Part shown: positions 58,061-64,000 of the stretch, piece after piece | Layout of the letters: every line of letters starts with the position of its first letter | Position numbering within the stretch: the stretch's first letter is position 1 | Assembly (NCBI GenBank): GCA_012295275.1 | Contig: CM022674.1 | Coordinates: 5,766,001 to 5,830,000, forward strand | DNA: 64,000 bases | Direction of reading: 5' to 3' | From: Chrysomallon squamiferum | Taxonomy: Eukaryota > Animalia > Mollusca | Position numbers and translations under genes: made by a program | The notes under the pieces: generated by a model | The model's database searches: none | Told to the model about the DNA's origin: nothing | The model's input: only the letters and a program-made list of their open reading frames with translations

Positions 58061-58771
58061 TATATAGGTGCTCTGATTCTAAAAGTCTTCTAAATCTAAT
58101 ATTATCTTAGAGGTTTGAACAACAAATGATTATATTCATTTGTTGAACAAGCATGTGTTTAGTCTAAGTCAGAAAGTTAAAAATATTTTACTGTTTAAAT
58201 GTCTTTTCTAAATTTAATTTCTTCTTTGAAATTATATGTTAGTGTATGTGTGTGTGTGCGTGCGTGCATGCATGTGTGTGTGTGTGTGTAATAGTACTTT
58301 ATGAGTTGTAGATTGATTTATGCATTAATCTATGAAAAATCATAACAACTACATCAACAGCAACAACAAAAACAATGAGAACAATTATAATAATTATGAT
58401 GATAATAATATGATAACAATAATGATGATGATGGTAAGAAAATGATGATAATATGAAAATGATGATAACGATGATGATAATATAATAAAAATGAATAATA
58501 CTGATGATGATAATAATAAAAATAACTAATAAAAATGAATAATAACAATGATGATAATGATAATAATAACAATAATAATAAAAATAATAAATAATAATAA
58601 CAATAATAATAATCATAATAACAATAATAAGAATAATAATAGCAATAATAATAACGAAAATAATAACAATAATAATAATAATAATAACAATAATAATAAT
58701 AACAATAACAATAATAATAACAATAATAATAACAATAATAATAATAATAATGTTTTCATCCTCTAATGCAG

Positions 58772-58961
58772 GTAAGAAACAGAGACACAACATGATGCAT
58801 GTTGAGGTGTGGCTGGGGGAGGGAGAGAAAGTAATAGGCTCTCGATGGAACAATGGAAAAGTTCAAATTTTCGACAGCTACAAATTTCAACCCAAAAGTT
58901 TCCATAGTGAACAGTATCATTTTAAATCCATCGACACATGGCTTATGGGGATATGCAGAAG
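58772..58961 (+). CDS. NlpC/P60-like protein, coding exon with putative catalytic His
   Basis: TGCAG| acceptor and AAG|GTATTA donor; 190 nt, phase 1 to 2; (S)KKQRHNMMHVEVWLGEGEKVIGSRWNNGKVQIFDSYKF...IDTWLMGICR. HVEVWLGEG aligns to the NlpC/P60 HVGIYLGNG motif (His codon 58798-58800). Confidence 0.92.
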
Positions 58962-59492
58962 GTATTACATTCTTTATTGAAATATGTCCAAATATGTCTG
59001 CCTAGAAGTACATTTTATATAGGATGTTTGTCTTAGGAAAGAAAAGAAAAAAAAAATTATGTTACTGTATTAATAGATACCATTATTTTATAAAATTCAT
59101 TTATCAATATTAAAAATTGTTGTTAACCTAATATTAATATGTGATCTTTGTTTTTTTGTGGGTTTTTTTTGTTTAGATTTTTAAGTAAATGCAAATAGAA
59201 AAATAAATACAAATACAATTCAATTAAGAATATTTATTTACAAATACCTAGTCTTGTTTCTTTATTTTTAAATCATGTATAAACTTTATTTTTTTATATA
59301 TATTTCATATAATTTTCTTTCTTTGGAAATTTTTAAATATTCAAGATGCTACTTCATCCATCCATCTTTTTTTTTTTTAATCATTCATTCCTTATTCTTC
59401 TTCATAGTGGTAATTTTAATAACAACATTATCATCAAACTTAACCATTAACATCATCTCACAATAATTATTGTAACAATTATTAATTTCCAG

Positions 59493-59823
59493 TTACTGCC
59501 CAGAGCATCCTTGGCGAAAGTACAAATTCCTTCCCGGCCGAAAGTCTATATTTAGTGTTGACGATGATGAAGATTTTATTAACGCTGATCCCGATGATGT
59601 TGATGATGATAATTCTGAGATTCAGAACTCTAAAGACTCTGAAGATCCTCAGACTTCCACTCTGCCCCTTCCTGTCTCTTCCAAATCGACTGCTGTGGAA
59701 AATGTTTGTTGCCAAAATGGAGAGAAACAGACTGATAACGTGTCTGAGTATTTACATGCAGAAATCTCTGAAATACAGATTACAAATGACAATCAGGATA
59801 AGACTATAAAGAGTCATTCTTGA
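59493..59823 (+). CDS. NlpC/P60-like protein, terminal coding exon (CxxH segment and acidic tail)
   Basis: TTTCCAG| acceptor, phase 2 in; (S)YCPEHPWRKYKFLPGRKSIFSVDDDEDFINADPDDVDDDNSE...KTIKSHS, stop TGA at 59821-59823. Confidence 0.88.
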
Positions 59824-60485
59824 TGATGATAATTAAAATGATGATGATCATCAAATAAGTCTGTAATCATTTATGATGATGATAATTAAATGATGATAAT
59901 AAAATAATTCTTATAATCAATGATATTATCATGCTAATCATTGATGACATCAGTTATCAATCTTATTGCCAACAGTATCAGTATCATTAATATACCATTA
60001 TTGGTATATTGAATGATAATTATGATTATCATCATAGCACAGTTGATATTATCATCATCATCATCTTTACTGTATTATCTTCCTAATATAAAGAGAGTTG
60101 CCAAAATAATGACAATATGAACACTGTCCAGCACAAGATGCCTGAATAATAAGATATGTTTTTAGAAAATAGTATCTACTAAAAAACCAATGTCAGTTAA
60201 AATGATTGACAAGATCTGAAAATGGAAAGCAATTGTGCCACTTATTTATTTTTTAACAAAAATAACAATAATAGCAACAACAAAACAACTACAACCAATT
60301 TAACAACAATGAAACCACAACCAACACAACCAATATAAAGAAAACAATTACAACAAAAAGTATGCAATTTAAATCTATGTGATATTTTTATCTCATATAT
60401 ATAAATCTGTATATATTTTTAAATATATTTTTAATAATATATATTTGTTATTAAAAATTATATATTGTTATTCTTTTATTTTTGA

Positions 60486-60491
60486 AATAAA
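60486..60491 (+). terminator. Candidate polyadenylation signal of the NlpC/P60-like gene
   Basis: AATAAA about 660 nt after the stop codon. Other AATAAA hexamers lie nearby (e.g. 60903) and the region is AT-rich, so the assignment is weak. Confidence 0.3.
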
Positions 60492-63374
60492 TTTTAAGTG
60501 ATGAAACTGAATATGGTTTCTGTAGTATTTTATTAAAGCAGCATTATACCGATGTGATTTTCCACCATTCCAATCTTTTTTTTTGTTACATTCGCAGAAC
60601 TAGGTCTAAGTTTTCAAAACCATGGGGCTAATTTGAAGGCCTTTTATATAGGCACATATAGGCACATATAGGCCTGTATATATAAATGCACAGTTGATAA
60701 TGCATGACCATAGCAATGTTCTTTGGCAGCAGACAGCACTTTAGCAAATGCACTGCTAAATCGATCTAATACATGAACAACATGTGCGTTTTTTGCTACT
60801 ACAGCATGCCAAAACAATAACTGCAACAAATGCAAAAGAGAAACAAGAAAAAAACAATGAAAAACCAGTTTGATAAATATATTTATTTGCATTTAATTTA
60901 TTAATAAAACTTTCATTTTCTCTTTTGATGTTGGTTACAGCAATTTAAGCCTATTGAGATATGTTGGCTCTGCATGTGAGTAACTGACAATTTATCTGGC
61001 TTCCTGAAAACATGTTCCAAAGCTTATTAAATTGTTCCTGTTAAATATAATTTAAATTTTTGCTCTACATTTTGTTATTTTATTGTTTAAGGATAATATA
61101 TTAAGCCTTGAACAAGGAAACTGGAAGAAAATGAGAAATTCAGGATACTTCTGGTTCTAAGAAAACATTTAGAATAAAATTTATATATATTATTTTAAAT
61201 TACATTTATCTAATTAATTAAGTATATATAATTTATTTTAAAAATTTTAATTAAAAATAGTATTTTTTTCATTAAAGTAACATGCTGAATGATTCAGTTT
61301 TAAAAAAGAAAACAATATTAAATTTGATTTACCTTTTTATTATTAAAAATTAGTTTAAAAAAACGTTCATCTCTTTTGTTTGTTTATTTTATATTATTAT
61401 TCTGTCATCTATCCTGAAATTTTTTCTTTAAAAAAAAAAAAATGTTAATGTTATTATCCAGGAAATAGTTATAAAATCTTGGGATTTGCACATACAAATG
61501 TAAATTTCAAATTTTATAATTATTTAACTATAAAATTTAGAAAATGGTATAGAATAAATAAAATGAGTTGTTTAGTTCTATTAAATGTCACTTGTCAATA
61601 AAACCTGCAATCATACATTATTTATATGCTATTATGTTGTCATCTAGGCTAATTAAGCAAAGGTGAAACATAAAACATTTTAATAAAATAGGAATACATT
61701 TTTGACTGATTCACATTAATTTAAACAGAAGTGTCTTGTGGTTTTAATGAATCAGAGATATTAATAATAATAGTAATTATGAAGAGAGATAAATGTTAAT
61801 CAATTTGATAATATCTACTTAGTTAATTAATCATTATTAATTAAGATAATATTATTAATTTTATCACATCTTGAACAGCATACAAAGATATGCTTCATAA
61901 ATCATTCAGTTTAAATAACAAAAAATAGTAATAAAAAAAGAAGAAGTAATAAATGAAATAAAATATATAAAACATTAATGCCAGTGCAAATAATATTTCA
62001 GCTGACATTTAATGTCAAAAGAAGTTTACCCAGTAAACTTCACTAAATTTTATTTTATTTCCACTAATGTACAAACATTTTGACAAACAATGAAAGTTTT
62101 AATATTGACTGCAGCTGTCATTAAATAATACAGCAGATGAATCATGCAAAATGAACCATGTCGATTCTAAACAGCAGCATTGACCTGTAACTGTTACACA
62201 TATGACATGCACTTGCATAACCCTAGTACATCCCATCATGCTTTGAAAATCACCATCTCTGCTTCCTCTCCACCCTTATTACTCATCAAGCAATGCAGGT
62301 AAATCAACAAAGCATGAATATATTGATTATGTTGCCCAAAAAGAAAGCTAGATCTCTGTTACTGATCTGAAATGCAATCTGCCATTTTTTTTGTGATCAG
62401 TTTTATTTTCACATAATTTTTTAATTATTTTATTTTATTACTTTTATTTTATTTTTATTTTTTTTTGAGTAATGATGATGATGATAATAGTAATAATAAT
62501 AATAGACAAGAAAAAGTGATTTTGTTTGTTTTGGATATGGTTAGAAACGGCATAATTCTGTTTTTGTTTATTTTTTATGATTGAATTGATGCAATCTGTC
62601 AGATGGCCATGCAGATCTTTTCAATCACAATTAACTATTTTATGCAATTACCGAGTTCGAATTAATTATTGAGTAACAGCCACTGTTGCTATTTACTATA
62701 GTTTTGTTTTTGACACAAGACACTGAATAATTAAGTCAAACTCATTATGGGGGTTGTTACCATGCAGGGTAATAGTAGTGGGTGGAATAATCCTGTTTCT
62801 TTTATGTTTCCTTTGAACATTTTTTTCTTTCTATCTTCATGTACGTTTTAAGATTCAGTAGTGTGTGAAGGTTTCTTTTTGCTGTGTGATTATGGGATAT
62901 ATTTTATTCAAGTATATTACAAAATTATTGATTTTGTTATTAATTTAGTTAAATCGGAAAAAATTTCTCCAAATTTTTTTCACAAAATGTGAAAAATAGT
63001 TCTGGTTTAATCAGATTTCTTATAACCGCATATACTTTAAATTATTTATTTACCAGTAATAATGTCTGATATTTTAAAATAATGTCTTTTTCCTTTACAT
63101 TTTTTTTTTTTTTTCTGTTGGAAAAGTAGGGTTAGGTTCTATTAAGTTGAATAGCTATCATTATCTTCTGAAAATGGTATGATGGGCAATGTTTTATTCA
63201 GGAATATGAAAAATACAATTTAACAAAACATAATATAACAAACTTTTAAAATCTCTTTTTGTTGCATTTTGAAAAAATATTTTAGAATTCCTTTCACAAA
63301 ATTTGATTCCATATAATCAAAAATATATATTAAATTATTTATCTACCTGTAATAATGGTTACTGTTAAAACGTG

Positions 63375-63418
<44 letters not shown>

Positions 63419-63897
63419 AACAATTATTGGTTTAATCTTCTTCTAATGGAAAAGTTGTGTTTTGTTTGAACTTTCACTTCCGTTTAGGTTACGTTTTTTT
63501 CAAACCATGTATTTTCTCATTCCATTTGTACTGTGTTTCTTCTTGTTATTTTTTCTTTTGATATTTATTTGTTTCAAAAACCCATCTCGTCAGAGACTGA
63601 TCTGCTGATGAATTGTTTATTTTACACATCGGCTGAACATTGAACAGTTTTTTAGGGTTGATTGAAAACGATTGTTAAACAGGAAGTGAATTCAAATTGA
63701 ATTTCATTGTCGGGTCTGTCTGATTGAATATTTTGTAATTGCCTTGAGCAAGTTGTCAATAAATTAATCTTATTTTTTGAACACATACACACAGGTTTAA
63801 AAAAATAGCCTATTTATAATTGTTTTTAAATTTTTTTATTTTTAGCCTTTAACTATAAGTACTTAAGGCTTTAAAATATATATGTGTGTGTGTATAT

Positions 63898-63932
<35 letters not shown>

Positions 63933-64000
63933 ATTTATCATTCTTTATATATTATATATTTTTAAATATTTCAACTATTCTAATTTGTACATATATAATT

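Noticed and set aside
59555-59809. Supplied + strand 84-aa ORF and overlapping minus ORF 59482-59715
   Set aside because: Alternative frames of the real terminal exon, whose frame is fixed by the splice phase.
56626-59823. Bacterial contamination or recent horizontal transfer as source of the NlpC/P60 domain
   Set aside because: The domain is split by three spliceosomal introns, partly filled with host-type repeats; any transfer would be ancient.
59824-60900. miR-8 target site in the host gene 3' UTR
   Set aside because: I saw no full CAGTATT seed match, only CAGTATC near 59973 and a lone AGTATT 6-mer near 60524.

Overview
AT-rich, microsatellite-dense animal genomic DNA. The degenerate SINE-like repeats resemble those I recall from gastropod molluscs (inference). 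Almost all ORFs in the supplied track are translations of simple repeats. One spliced + strand gene can be assembled by hand from five GT-AG coding exons with consistent phases (11894-12058, 56626-56776, 57269-57475, 58772-58961, 59493-59823; about 347 aa). It encodes an NlpC/P60 (papain-fold) cysteine-hydrolase-like domain (KYFGIPY...LDCC...KPGDLVF...HVEVWLG) with a helical N-terminus and an acidic tail. The join from the first exon to the rest is inferred across a 44.6-kb intron. That interval holds an intact mir-8 (miR-200 family) hairpin at 25827-25910 with its own CpG-rich upstream region. It also holds many RFX X-box-like motifs, ZEB/Snail-type E/Z-box clusters and Grainyhead-type motifs. 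Also present: a decayed 5S rRNA fragment, SINE and MITE remnants, several minisatellites and a 24-bp-arm perfect palindrome.
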